Shown: one piece after another, positions 25,864-40,250 of the stretch | Layout: each line of letters starts with the position of its first letter | Numbering within the stretch: position 1 is the first letter of the stretch | Notes under the pieces: model-generated | What the model was told of the DNA's origin: nothing | Databases searched by the model: none | The model's input: only the letters and a program-made list of their open reading frames with translations | Assembly (NCBI GenBank): GCA_016748015.1 | Contig: JAAOMT010000061.1 | Span: forward strand, 62,001-126,000 | Length of the DNA: 64,000 nt | From: Geosiphon pyriformis uo1 | Lineage: Eukaryota > Fungi > Glomeromycota | Direction of reading: 5' to 3' | Translations under genes and position numbers: made by a program

Positions 25864-28800
25864 ATGCTTTTTGTTTAATTAATATTACATCTTCAGTTTT
25901 GATCTGGTGTTAAATAATATCAGTTCTGCCAAATTTGTTTTTGCTAACAAGATATTAGTAAAATTGTTGAGTAGTATCTTGAATTGTATATATTAAAGTA
26001 AATCTAGTTTCTTAAGTTTATTTGTTCTAATTGTTCTAGTTATAACAAGTAGTATTTTTTTCATCTATATATAGTTTGTAATATAATATCCACATATTTA
26101 CACAGTTGTAGAAAGTCTGAAATAGTAGTTGGTAATTGGTTCTCAACTTTAGTAAGTATTTGATAGTAGTTCTATTTGGTATTTTTATGGAGTTTCTTGT
26201 TGTGTTGTATATTAGAATTTTGATGTATTTGTGATTTTTGGTTGATATATAAAGATTGGTAATGCTAATTTCTCCTAATTCACAAATGTATGTTTCAGCT
26301 TTAAAAATTTGGGTTTGATTTTTTATCTTCTTTTTTATAACTAATATATACTGGTCATATAATAAAATAATTTATTCCTAATTAATAGTTTCTTTTTTTG
26401 TTATATTAACTAGTATTTTTACTTTATTTGTAGATCCAAATTTCTTTATCTCTTTTGCTGTAATCTCTAACTCTTTTCTAGTTCTTATTAATACTAACTG
26501 ATTTATTTTAACCAAAGACAAAAATATTGTTTGTGTTATTTTTTATTTGGTTCAATAGTATATTTTTTTTTGAGTTATTTTGTAATATTACAATAATATT
26601 TTCTACATATTTTGCATTAATTATTTTTCCTCTAATATTAATTTTTTTTTTGCTAAACTAGATTTAAAGACTAATTGGACTATTGTCATTGCTGAAATTT
26701 CAAGTGCTAATTTTAAATTTATGCTGGTATGCAAGTGAAGTTTTAATCAAATAGCAGTTTTCTTTGGATATCTGAAATCAAACTTTGTATTAATATTATG
26801 CATGCATTTTGGCATGATATCTTCATTATTATTGTTGAATTATTTGAGTTTCTGCTCTTTTGAAAAATCTGGAAGTGCAATGTATTTTTCAGGATTTTTG
26901 TCAGAATTTGAATCATTGTTATTATTATTGTTATTGTGGACAGAATTAGAACTGTTGTTATTGTCATTGTTGAAATTTGAATTGTGATTGAATTTCAATT
27001 TCAATTCTGATGCACATTCACTGATTGGTTTTTTTTCTTTAGAAATCAAATAAATTATGCATGATAGTAGATTGTAAATAAGGTTACAATCATTACAATA
27101 TTCAAAGTTACTAAGAATTAGGCAATGTTTACAAAGTTTAGTATTTAATTGTTTCAAATGCTGCTTTTGTTTTTCTCTAGTAAGTGCTAAATCTTGGTAG
27201 TATTCATAAAATTGTTTTGAATTGCTTAGAATGTTGATAAATACATTTGTATTGGGAATAAGAACAGTCTTAACAGATTCTGATGGGTTATTTTTAATTG
27301 TTAATATTTTGTTTGGTAAAATGTCTTTGACTTTGGGACTTGCTATTCACTAGATTTTATTTTTATTATGTAGATAACCATCCAAACATAAAAGTGCTTA
27401 GTTCCATGTGATGTTAAAAAGTGTTTCTTGGTTTACCTAGTTGCTTATAAAAATCATGTTTAACACAATATGTCATATGTTCTTTCTTGACCAGAAATCT
27501 TATTCCACATTTTTTTGTCAAATAATGTTTTTTTACAAATAAAACATGGTTTATTGTCCTACTTTTTTTGTTATTTTGAATACCCAAAACGTTTTTAATA
27601 ACATGGTTTACAGTAGTAGTGAGTGCATGTTCAGTAGTTTTCTTTAGACAAGATTCAAGCTTCTATAAAGAAAAGTTTTTTATTATAGTTAATATATCTA
27701 AGTAAAATATATAATAGTTTTTTCTTTATGTTTATAAAGTAGAATTTATTTCACTTACTAGTTATTTTTTTAATAACTGTGATGGCTTCTGGTTTGTTTG
27801 TTTTTTTTTCTTTTTTATTATTATTCTAAGAAAGTATTAGTAGTAATTTATTGTGCTTATTTTTAGCCCACAAGACTTAATAGGCTTTTCAGATAGGTTT
27901 TTTTTTTTCTTCCAACTTGATTAATGATTGCTCTCTTAAAAAAGCTTTAAAGTGTCTATAAATAGTAAAAATTTGAGTATGCTGACTATTAAATATTAAC
28001 TAAAGCTTTTGAGTATTCCAATTGAGTATGATATTAGTTTAAACAGCCAGTTATTATTAATAAGAGCTTAGTACTTTGTGAGTTTTATTATTAGAACTTT
28101 GATTGACATAATAATGCTATTAACTTCAAAGAAAAAGTTATTGATTTTGCCAATGAGAGTTTTTATTGCTCTATTGGCTATAATAATTCTAGTGCTAACA
28201 GCACAATCAACTTAGTAACCTAATTAGTTTATGAGTTGTCATATAATAATATTGTTTGCTAATCTACTATTCAGAATTAGTTTAATAGCATAATCATTAA
28301 CTTTGGTATTTATATACATGACTGTAATAAGTTTGGTATTGAGAGTAACTTTACTGAATAATAAAGTTTTTACTTGGGTTTTCAACTTAAATAGAAAAAT
28401 AACTGCAAAAGATTTATCTTTAGTAACTGTTGCTAATAGAATATTGTTGATAAATAGTATTGAGTTGGTTTCTAAGTTGTTGGATAGGTTGTTTTTTGAA
28501 GTAATCAAGAAACTTAAATAGTTCTAAAAATTTGGGTTTTGGATGTATCTACCTTTCAAACTTTACTGGCATAATCCTAATGGCTGGTTCAATAAACTGG
28601 AAATTAGTTGGTATATTATCATTACTAATCTACAATTCTGCTAAGTGTAAGTAATTCTCAGTCTTAAATTTCTAGTTAAAGTTGACATAATAATTTGAGA
28701 TAATGCTTGAATTTGTTAGAATTGATAAATGATTTGTGGCTGTGACTAATATATTACTAGTATTAAAGTTTGATATATTAAAAGTAAGTATATTAATTAT

Positions 28801-31492
28801 TATATTATTAAAGTATAATAAGACTAATATTAATGTTGTTTCTGATTTGGGGTGTAATTTGGAGTTTGAAATCTGCAATTAATGTTTTAATATTAATTTT
28901 CCAATCATTGGTTATTAAATCTATAATAGCAATTTGCTTTTAGATGATTTTATTTACTACAATAGTAACAATTACATGTTTTTTGTTGTTATAATTGATT
29001 GGATAATAATAAATATAATTGATTTTGGAAACAATTAAAGTTTTCTTAATTATTACAATACTATAAAAACTAATAAATGGCTTGATTATTAGCTAAGTAT
29101 CCTTTAATTTTCTAATATATGGTTTTGCCAAATTGTTTCAATTTGGTATTTAATTTAGATAATCTATTTATTACCAGATTTATGGTTTGGATGTGATTGG
29201 CTTTAAGTTTGCCTAATTCAAAATCTTTGATATGTATAACTGTATTTTGGAAAATATTTAGGTGTATTAAATGTACTTATTGTAACAAGTTGCTGTATAA
29301 TCTGCAAATAAACTAATTCAAAATCTGTGCTGTTGTAAAATAGTCTGCTTAAATTGCCTAAATTTAACACAGATTTTTGTGAAAGTATCCTAAGTAAATA
29401 GTAATTGTTTTAGTATTATCTTGTTTAATTATGGTAAAACTAGTTAACAAGTAATTTAAGCTATTATTATCACTAAAATACTGTAGAAATGCAGTTTTAA
29501 ATGTGTTAAAATCTTGAGACTTGTTTACAAAATTTTGATATTACAAGTTGGTAGTGTTTTAAAGAAAGTATGAAATAGCTTAAATGGCTCTGGTATTATC
29601 TTATCTATTGGTTGCAATGGCTTTTTTTATATTATTTAGCTATGCTTAAACATTGTTTTCTTTGCTGATAAATTTTTCTAATTTGACAATTGATGCATAT
29701 ACTATTAGTGTGATTTATTGTTGTTATGGTTTTTGTTAAAGTTGTTATTATGTGGTAATTGGTGCAATTAGTAGATTAATCATAATAACTGGAGATAAGT
29801 TTTGCTAAATAATAAGAACAGAATTTAGATAATTTAAGTTTGGCTGGATTTGAATAATCAAAATTATAATTTCCAAGTTAATTGAGATCAGGTTTTGATT
29901 ATTATTTTTCTAATTACTGTCTTTTTTTTTTTTTTCTTCTTTTGATTCAGTATCTTCCTAATAACTGATAAATTCGAAATTTGGTTGAGATGGCAGTAAT
30001 TAAAGTCCTAATAATATTGATGGTTGCAATTTAATTTCTTCAAAAAAATTGCCATATATTTTTAATAATTTGGCTTTTTTTTAATTATTTTAGAATAAAA
30101 CTTAAAATAATAGTGTTTTTATAATTAATAATGATACAAATCCTGATAATATGTGTATAATACTTTTTGGTGTATAATAGTATAATAAATAAATAGGTAA
30201 AATAATTTTTGATTTCTTTTAAGTAAGTGTTTATATTTTCATTGGTATTTCTGCTAAAGTTTGTAATTTTTTTTTATCTGTAAAAATATTAAGAAATTTT
30301 TGTTGAGTATAATGCTCAATTTTTTTGTTTATTTCTGTAATTAGTGATATAAACAGATAGTTTAATAGAAGTGTAATATTTTGTAGTAGTTCATTATAAA
30401 AATTCTTGAAAACAGCTTTTGAATTTTCTTGGTTTCCCAAGTAGGATTTAATTTTTTCATTAATGTAGAAATTGAAAGCTGATTTTGCTGACCAATAATT
30501 ATTTGTTAGTTTAAGATAAGTTTGGTAATATTGAAATAAGAATTTTGCAAATCCTAAATAATTTTTTTTATGATTTTTTAGTCTGCTACTTTTTTAATTA
30601 ATTGTTGTTAATACTAGTTCTCTGTTAGATTATATCTCACAAGAAGCACCAAATGTTACAGGCAATTATTTGGAGTATTGAAACAAATAACAAATCTGTA
30701 ACTTGGTGCTTAATAGCTAGTAATGTTGGTAAATTTTGAAAATTTTAGAGTTTAAAAATTTTGGTTGAGTTTTTTGTATAATAAACAGTAATTTAATTGA
30801 TAGTGTCTTTCATGAATTTTTTTTAGCATGATAACCAGTTTATTTTGACAGTTGTGCTCTTCTGGTAAGCTATTCTTAAATTTTCACTCTTATTCCCAAG
30901 TTTTTTATTAGGCTATTTTTAATGTTAAATACTCAGTACTAAATTTTTTTAATCAATTAGTAAACAACAAAGAAACAAACCAAAAAAAAACAAAAAAACA
31001 AAAAGTTAATATCCTGTTAATAGTTATTATCAAGAGCTATTAATCCAGTGTAATTAAGTGTTAGATTCTATTAACATAGAGTGTTGATAGTGTGAAAGTA
31101 ATTAATATTTTTAATCAAATAATGATAACATAAATTGAAATATAATTAGATATTTTATTAATATGGATGTGTTTCTATTTTAAGTTATAAAAAACTATCT
31201 TTTGAAGAGAGAGTATTGGAGTTTTGAACTCTATTGAATTTTAAATACCTTTCTGTTTTTAACACTCTCACTATATATATACATAATTTGTATTATACAA
31301 GATTTTTGGAAATTTTGCAATTCTTCAAAAAAATCCTGGAATTTTAAAAATCTTATAATTTTCTGAGAAAAATTCTGGAATTTTGAAATCCTGCAATTTC
31401 TCAAGAGAATCCTGGAATTTTTTATTTTACTATGTCTATTTTTAATTGACTATTTTACCTATTATTATAATTTTTAATTTCTATGAGTAATA
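25864..31492 (-). mobile_element. Ty3/Gypsy family 1, copy D (5' LTR 30654-31492 to RT start, interrupted by copy C)
   Basis: LTR and PBS; protease region 28239-28508; Cys-rich region 26840-27157; dUTPase ~26380-26820; ends at a PIKQKA-like RT start abutting the copy C LTR. Confidence 0.86.
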
Positions 31493-33185
31493 CTAATTTT
31501 AGAAGTAAAACAACAGTTTCTTGTTAAATCATCTGTTTTTGAAAACTAAACTAATCAAATAAAAACTGACTTAATTTTTTTTCTGGTTTCTGGTGCTGTT
31601 ATTAGTAGTATCAAAAAAACTATTGCTAGTTATCAAAGATTTACTGAGTGGGTAGTCTCTATTTTGGTGCTTGATATTATTTTCAAGATTAAATTGGCTT
31701 ATGTTAAGACTGTTTTCTAGTCTGTGCATGGTTTTTTAAGTGTAAAATCAGTGTTAAAAGACAATGTAAAGCTCTTTTGTATGGAGTTTGCTTCTTAAAA
31801 GTCTTTAAAAACTGTTCTTTTGGTTGAATTTATGAGCTCTGTTTACCTGATTACTCTTAAAATTGTAAAATTTTTAATGATTTCTGAGACTAATTTCTCT
31901 TTTGCTATTGTTGTATTGCATAATATGTCTTTAAGTATGTTTGCTGCTAACATTAAGATAGTTTTTAGTGTTTTTAGTAAAATTGTCTGTATTGTGCTGA
32001 AATCTGTTGGTATTTGGCAATATGTTGTTGTTTATTTTAAAAAACTAAATACTATTACATTTGCTTTGAGTTATTGGTTAGTGTTGATAAATAAGAATAA
32101 CATTAAAATTCTCTTTTTGGTTAATTAAAATAAGACTATTCTATTTTATAATAAGTTTAAGACCAAGTTGATTAATCTTTTTTCTGGCTGTACTGTTTTT
32201 AAGATCAGTTATATAATTTTTTAAATTAGTAGTCAAACATATTTTATTTCTTATTTTTTTAATTCTGGTCATTATTTTTAGTTTGTTCTAATTATGTTTA
32301 GATCTTAAATTGATTTGAATGTTATAGTTTTTAAGACTGGTATATTAAGAAAGTGTCATATTTGGTAGAAGATTCTTGATTGTTAATGCTGTTTTAGATA
32401 TTAAAAAATAAGCTATTTGACAGTAAACTGTAAAGTTTTTTTATTTTCTTTTTTCAAGACTTCAAGATATTTAAACCATGTTTTGTAAGTAATGTTTTTT
32501 ATGTTAAAATTTTTGCTTCTTCAAATTCTTCTGAATTTCTTTTTTTGGTGGTTTTTGTTTCTTTTTTTGTGGTTGTTGGAAATTTTTTGATTTTTTCTTG
32601 GCTAACATTTTTAAAATCTGATTTAATTAAGTTGTTGGCTTTGGTTAGATTAATTTTTAAGTCTGTTAATATATTAATTACTATATTTAACCAGTTTGTC
32701 AAAGATAATTTTGTATTAAGTAGTGTTTTCAGTCTTAAAATCAATAAAGTTTTAGTATATATAAGTATTTTTAGCAAAGCTGTAGATAAACTGGAATAAA
32801 ATATGGTTGTTTTAAAAGATAAGTATAGTTATATGAACATTAACATGTTTGGTTCTTATGTGAATTTGTCTATCATTAATGATAATATGTTTTTTGATTT
32901 ATTGTTACTTTGGAAACATAAACTGGTTAATGTTAAGTTTAATGTCTTTAAAATAGCTAACTGGTTAATAAACTTGGTTCCTAATAGTACTATATTATTT
33001 AAAGTTGTTTAAAAGATGTTTTTTTTGAGTTTTGTTTTAAAATATTAGCATAGTATGTTTTTGATTAGTTTGAATAATTAATCACATATAAAAAAAACAT
33101 AAATTGTGTTTAGCTAAAATCTTTTGTTTTGGTTTTATATACTAGATAGCAATTGGGCTGTACTTGTTAAACTTAATTAAAAAAA
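31493..33185 (+). mobile_element. degraded ORF1-only (HAL1-like) element, 5' part displaced by Gypsy copy D
   Basis: Colinear with ~35070-36760 (e.g. ORF 31820-32128 ...VGIWQYVVVYF); tail ~33050-33180. Confidence 0.8.
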
Positions 33186-34479
33186 ATAACTAGCTACTTA
33201 AGTCAATTAAAACTATACTATATATTTATATAAACACTTATAAATTTTTTTAAGTTAAAAAAATAATAATTTTAGGACATTTATTAAAACTAACACTAAT
33301 AATTTTATTAATGTTTAGTAACTAGATTGTATTACCAAAATAAATACAAATTAAATCTTATATTACATATAAAAATTAATATTTATAAGCAAGTCATTTT
33401 AGTATTTTATATGTTAATAATATTAACAGAATAAAAACATTTTATTTTTGCTCAAAATTAATTAAAATTTTGATTAGTAATTTATAATGTGTTTTATTAA
33501 AATATTTTATAAGTTTATTTGTTTAAAAATAATATAATAAAGATAATAGTCTTTTAATATTAAATTATTTACAAATTTTTTGTATTAAATTATTTACAAA
33601 ATATGGTTTTTAATTAAATAAAAGCTTAATTAAACATTTATGTCTATAAATAATGTCTTTATAAATAAAATTTGTTACTAATTTTGCATCTGCTTTTTAA
33701 ATAACTTTTAATTTAAATTATTTTGTAAAATAATTTACAATAATTACAATATAGTTTTTTTAAGTTGTAATAAATAATAAGTTAACTAAATTAATATTAA
33801 CTTTGTTAAAAAACTGTTTAATTTTAATTAGATTTAAAAGTTTAATAAAGTAAATTTCTTTTTTTTAATAATTATTATAAAACTTAACATATTATTAAAT
33901 ATATTTTTTTGTTTAAGTATTGTTTATTAGTTTTTTAAAAATAATAAGTTAATTGGCAGAAAAGTTATTAAATTGATCTGTAATATTATTATAGCTTATT
34001 ATAATAATATTTGATTAATAAAATTTAAATATAAATAATATTAAAAAAGAATAGAAAATTACATATTATTAGTTTGATTGTTTTTTTTGGCTTTTAGTCT
34101 ACTGGTTTTCCTATTAAAAACTATAATAAAAATGTTTAAAATTTGTAAAATATATAATATTTTGTTTAATATAAGATTTTTTTATTTTATATTAGTATTA
34201 ATAGTATAGTAACTGTTTTAATAGACTAATAATATAGTTTAGATTGGCTTAAATAGCTAGTTATATATAATAAATATGTAATTTATATTTATTTTTAAAT
34301 AATAAATAAGCTTTACTTATTAAAATAAATAAATAAAAAGATTTAATTTTTTTTAAGTTTTTGAAAATTTTAGTTTTTTTAATTAAATTAACTATTTTTA
34401 AATATATAAATAGTATAATTAAAAGAATAATACTTTAATTATATATATAAATAAAATATATATTAAGTTTAAATATTAA

Positions 34480-36765
34480 TAAAAAACTCTTTGTCTCCTT
34501 AATTTTATGACCATGACCAGAGCAAAGAGTAAAAAGGCTGCACCTAATATTTGTCCTAAGATATCTAATAAAATTTCAATCAGAGGAGCTCTTTCTGTTG
34601 TAAAAGCAACTAGGAAAAACGTTTTAGAAGCCTTCCCCTTACCCAGTAATCGTGAAAAGCTGTTTTTGGTAGCCACTAAATCAACTTCCTCATCTTTGGC
34701 TGGTTTTTCACCAGTCAAAGTTCCTTCAAAGAAACACACTTGGGTTAGTCTCAGTGTTGCCTCCACCCCGACTAAGAGCCCAAAAGTTTTTAATAATAGA
34801 CCAGTAAATAAGCTGGTCTTCTCCTCTATAGACTCAACACCTGGTGCTTCTGGCACCACCTCTTCAAAAAAAATGGTCAAAAAAACCAAAAGTTCAGAAA
34901 AGTGGGGGCAGTTGCTTGTCTTTGCTATTGTTACACCGAACTCCTTTGTGGTTCCCAATGAGATTTTAGATAAGATCTCAGTAGCATTATCTGGCACATT
35001 ATCTAAGATGGACCAAGATCAACCACTGGCTGTGTTGTCAAATATGGTGTTTTCTGGCAGATCATTGCCAGTTTTAAAAGCAAAACAATCTCCTCCTGTT
35101 GGGTCACCTGTTCTTGAAAACTGGGCTGATCAAATAGAAACTGATTTATTTCCTCCTCTAGTTTCTGGTGCTACTTCTGGTGGTGCTTGGAAAACTATTA
35201 CTAGTCGTCAAAGGTTTGCTGGGTGGGTGGCCTCCACTCTGGTGTTTAGTACTACTTTTAAAATCAAATTGGCTCATGTTAAGACTGTTTTTCAGTCTGT
35301 GCATGGTTTTTTGGGTGCTAAATCTGTTTCAAAAGACAATGTAAAGCTTTTCTGTGTGGAGTTTGCTTCTTAACAGTCTTTGGAAGCTGCATTTATGGTT
35401 GAGCTTACAAGCTCTGTTCATTTGGTCACTCTCAAAATTGCCAAGTCTTTGGTGGTTTCTGAATTTGGTTCCTTTTCTGCTGCTGTTGCACTGCGTAATG
35501 TACCTTTGGGTATGTCTGCTGCTAACATTAAGTTGGCTTTCAGTGTGTTTGGTAGTGTTACTCATGTTGTGCTGAAGTCTGCTGGCATTTGGCAGTATGT
35601 GGTGGTTTATTTTGAAAAGTTGGACTCTGTTGTGTCTGCCTTGAAGCATTGGTCAGTTTTGGTGGGCAAGGATAATATTAAAATTCTCCCTCTGGTGAAT
35701 CAAAATGAGACTATTTTGTTTTGTGATAAGTTTAAGACCAAATTGGTCAACCTTCCTCCTGGCTGTACTGTCTTTGAAATCAGTAATATGATTTCTCAGA
35801 TTGGTGGTCGAACATGTTTTATCCCTCATTTTTCTGATTCTGGTCATTGTTCCCGGTTTGCTTTGGTTACATTTGACTTTTAAGGCGATTTGAATTCTGC
35901 TGTAGTCAAGACTAATACTCTAAGGAAATGCCATATCTGGTGGGAAACTCCTGGCTGCCGGCGCTGCTTTAGGTGTCAAAAAATGGGCCATCTGGCTGCA
36001 GATTGCAAGATTTCCCCATCTTCTACTCTCAAGATTCCTAAGGTTTTCAAGTCTCATTTTGTGGGTTCTGCTTCATATGCCAAGACTGCTGCTCCTTCTG
36101 GTCTTTCTGAGTTTCCTCTTTTAGTGGCTTCTTTAGCTGCTTCTGCTGCTGATCCTGCTGTTAATTCCAGGTTGGACTCTTTGGAAAAGCAGATTTTGGA
36201 TTTGGCTGCTCTGGTTAAGTTTATTGTCGAGCCTGTTGGTTCTTTGGTTGCTTTGGTGTTTTGTCTTCTTGATGATAATGCCATTAAGACTGTTCAGGTC
36301 GAGAAAGATATCGTTTCCATGATGAGTGCTGCTAACAATTTTTCTAACCTCATGGTTAAAGTTTCCAAGGACATTGCTTGTCTTAGATCTGAGGTTGACT
36401 TTGGTGATATGAATTATGATGGTGTTCTGACTGCTAAGCCTTTTTTTTTGAGTGAGAACACTATTGAGCGTGTTATTGCTTTGTGGCAAATGTCTGATGC
36501 TGAAACCAGGGGCAATATTGAGTTTACTAGATTGTTTCTTAGTGAGTTTATTTTTGATTCTAAGAATCTGAATGGTATCATTGAGAGAATTCATGGGTTG
36601 GAGTTATTCTCATCTACTTTTGATTTAGCGTAGTGAGTCCTTGATTGGGCCGAGTGTCTGATCACATGTAGAAAATGCATGATTTACACCTATAATGTAA
36701 TCTCTTCTGTGATATCATAGTTTAGGTAGTATTTGGGTCTTGCTCATTAAAATAAATAAATAAAA
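34480..36765 (+). mobile_element. best-preserved ORF1-only (HAL1-like) non-LTR retroelement
   Basis: A single long frame followed directly by the ~130-nt shared tail and an (AAAT)n/A-rich end; no APE or RT. Confidence 0.85.
34507..36633 (+). pseudogene. LINE ORF1-like protein (~708 aa: RRM-like segments, CCHC knuckle, coiled-coil-like C-terminus) with two in-frame TAA
   Basis: ORFs 34507-35373, 35380-35883 and 35890-36633 are in one frame; CFRCQKMGHLAADC; FSVFGSV...GIWQYVVVYF...WSVLVGKD parallels LINE ORF1 FSKFGVI...GLWQKAVIEF...*SVLVGKD. Confidence 0.83.
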
Positions 36766-37124
36766 ATATATATATATTTAGAATAAGTTTTTTTAATAGT
36801 CTTAATATAATTTAATCTAAATTAAATTTATGTTTAATTATATATAAAAATAGATAAATTATGTTTAATTTAAAACTTTTATATAATTATATTATATTAG
36901 ATAATAATTATATTAAAAAAATATTTTATATATTTATTTATTTTATAATAAAAGTAATTATAAAAATATATATTAGAAAAATAAAAATAAATAAATAATA
37001 CTATAATATATATATAATTTTTAATTTAATAAATTAAATATATTTAAAAAAAATTTGTATAAAATTAAAATAAATAATTTATTAAATTTATTAATTATAT
37101 TTATTATTACTGTAAAATAAAGTA

Positions 37125-40100
37125 TAAAAAAACTTTTTGTTTTCTTAATTTTATGATTATGACCAAAACAAAGAATAAAAAAGCTGTATCTAATATCTTT
37201 CCTGAAATATCTAATAAAATTTCAACCAGGAAAGTTTTTTCTGTTGTAAAAACAACTAGACAAAATGTTTTAAAAGTCTTCTCTTTATTTAATAATCATG
37301 AAAAGCTGTTTTTAATAACTATTGAAGCAATTTTTTATCTGACTGGTCTTTCATCAGTCAAAGTTCTCTTAAAAAGACATACTTGGATTAGTTCTAGTAT
37401 TGTTTCCACTTTAACTAAAAGCTTAAAAGTTTTTAATAATAGACTAGTAAACAAACTAATTTTCTCTTCTATAGCTTTAATATCTAGTGCTGTTAATACC
37501 ATCTTTTCAAAAAAAATGGTTAAAAAAACCAAAAGTTCAGAAAAGTGGGAGCAGTTACTTGCCTCTGCTATTATTATAACAAACTCTTTTGTAGTTTCCA
37601 ATAAGATCTTAAGTAAAATCTTCATAGTATTATTCAGCACATTATTCAAGATGAGCCAAGATTAACTATTGGCTGTGTTGTCAAATGTTATCTTCTGGCA
37701 AATCATTGTTAGTTTTAGAAACAAAACAATTATTTTCTGTAGTGTTATCTGTTCTTAAGAATTGGATTGACCAAATAGAAACTAAATTATTATTTTTTTG
37801 GTTTCTGGTGCTGCCACTAGTAGTGCTTGAGAAATCATTGCTAGTTATCTAAGGTTTGCTAAGTAGGTGGTTTCCACTCTGGTGCTTGGTGCTACTTTTA
37901 AGATCAAATTGGCTTATATTAAAGCTGTTTTTCAGTCTATACATGGTTTTTTGGGTGCAAAATCTGTTTCTAAGAACAATATAAAGCTCTTTTGTATGGA
38001 GTTTGTTTTTCAAAGTTCTTTGGATACTGCATTTCTGGTTGAGCTTACAAGCTTTGTTTGCCTTGCCACTCTTAAAATTGCCAAGTTTTTAGTGGTTTCT
38101 AAGTCTGGTTCTTTTCTTGCTGCTGTTGTACTGTATAATATGTCTTTAAAGGTGTTTGCTGTCAATATTAAGTCAGTATTACTCATAAAATATAGGAAGT
38201 ATATTAGCATATAAATTAGCCAATTAGAAGTAACCATAGTAAATATGGAATTTCAGAAATTTCAGGATTCTCATACAAGGAATCACAAGATTCCAGAATT
38301 CCAAGATTCCTCTCAAAAGGAATGGCAGAATTCCAGGAATTCCAGAATTTCTGGTGTAAAGAATTGAGAAATTAAAAAATCTCAATTATGTATATATAGC
38401 AGTAGCATTAAAAATAGAAAAGACAGACCTCTCTGTTGAAATTTAATCTAAGCAATTGTCCACATCACAAATATCAATAAATAATTATTCACTATCTCCA
38501 ATTTTACTCTTTACTATCAACACTTTATGTTGATAGCAATTGATACTTAATTACACTAGAACAATAGCTCTTAATCACGACTATTGATGAGATACTAACT
38601 TGTATACTGTCTTGGCTTATTTTTTTATTTTCTTTTGTTTTTTTTGTTTTTTTTGTTTTTTTTCTTTGATTTTATTGTTGTGCACTAATTGATTAAAAAG
38701 AATAACGCACGGAATTACTGATGTCAAAGTAACTGGTAAAAGACCCAGAAATAAGGATAGAACACTCAATTGAGAATAGTTTACTAGGGAGAATACCAGC
38801 CATTACACTGAGAAAGAAATTGACAAAACTGTGGTTTCAGAAAGCTACAGATAAACACTATTGAATCTCTGTTCATTATACAAAGAACTCAACCAAAACC
38901 TTTAAATACAAACAACTTTCAGATAAAATTACCAACTAGAACATTAATCAAGCACCAAGTTACAGGTTTGTTATTTGCTTTAAGACCTAAATAATCATCT
39001 GTAACATCAGCTCTTAGTATTTTTGGTGAAGTTTCTTGTATTGTGCTAAAGCCTGCTAGTGTTTGGCAATATGTGGTTGTTTACTTTAAAGGATTGAATG
39101 CTGCTGTATCTGTTCTCACTTACTGGTCAATTTTGGTAAACAAAAATAGTGTTCAAATTTTTTTTTATCAATCAAAATAAGACCATTTTGTCTTATAATC
39201 AATTCAAAGCCAAGTTGGTTAATTTTCTTTTTGGCTGTATTGCCTTTAAAATTAGTAATATAATCTCTCAGATTGGTGGTTGGATTTGTTTTATTCCTCA
39301 TTTACCTGATTTTGGTTATTGTTCTTAGTTTGCTCTGGTTATATTTGATTCTTAAATTGATTTGAATTCTGTGATTGTCAAAATTGGTATACTAAGAAAG
39401 TGCCATATTTGGTAAGAAACTCCTGGTTGTTGGCACTGCTTTAGGTGTCAAAAAGTGGGCCATTTGGCTGTGAATTGCAAAATATCTTTGCCTTTCTCTT
39501 ACAAGACTCCCAAGATATTTAAACCATGTTTTGTGAGTGATGTTTCTTATGCAAAAACTTCTGCTTTTTTAAATTCTTCTGAGTTTTCTCCTTTGGCAGC
39601 TTTTACTTCTCCTTCCATAGTTGTTGATAATCTCTTAGTGTTCTTTTAATTGGCTTCTTTGAAGTCTAATTTGGTCAAGCTTTCTGCTTTGGTTAAATTT
39701 ATTGTTAAACCAATTGGTTCTTTGGTCAAATTGTTCAAACAATTTATTAATAAAGATTTGGTTTTAAGCAGTAAACTTGGCCTTAAAGTTAATAAGGTTT
39801 TGGTACATATAAGTTCCTTTAGTAAAGTTGTTGGTAAGTTGAAAAGAAAAGTGGTTTTTTTTTAAAAAAAGTGCTGCATAAAGGATATTAATATGTCTGG
39901 TAATTTAAAGCACCTAGTTGGTTTGAATAATAAGATGTTTTCTAACTTGATGTTTCTTTAAAAACATGAATTTATTGATATTAAAGTTAATGTTTTAAAG
40001 ATAGCTGAATGGCTGGTTGGATTGGTTCCTTGTAGTGCTATTTTGTTTTTTGTCATTCAAAAAATGTTATCTTTGAGTAAGTTTTCTTTGGGTGCATTAA

Positions 40101-40250
40101 TGTAGTATAGCCTGAACTGATTTGAATAGCTGGTTACATATAAAAAGCACATGAACCACATTTAATTTAAGACTCTATATAGTCATATTGTATTAGATAG
40201 TAGTTGGGCCTTGTTTGTTAAACATTAATAAACATTAATAATAAAAAAAT
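37125..40250 (+). mobile_element. full-length degraded ORF1-only element containing a solo LTR
   Basis: ORF 37153-37665 paralogous to 34507; sequence resumes after 39006; tail ~40100-40225 plus A-rich end. Confidence 0.85.
38177..39006 (+). repeat. solo LTR of Gypsy family 1
   Basis: T(A)TTACTCAT...TGTAACA, 4-bp TSD TCAG on both sides, no PBS after it. Confidence 0.92.

Noticed and set aside
34476-36594. Antisense ORFs over the ORF1-only element and over the LINE (e.g. 34476-34997, 36133-36594, 57648-57968, 62922-63323)
   Set aside because: Shadow frames of TE coding sequence with no independent motifs
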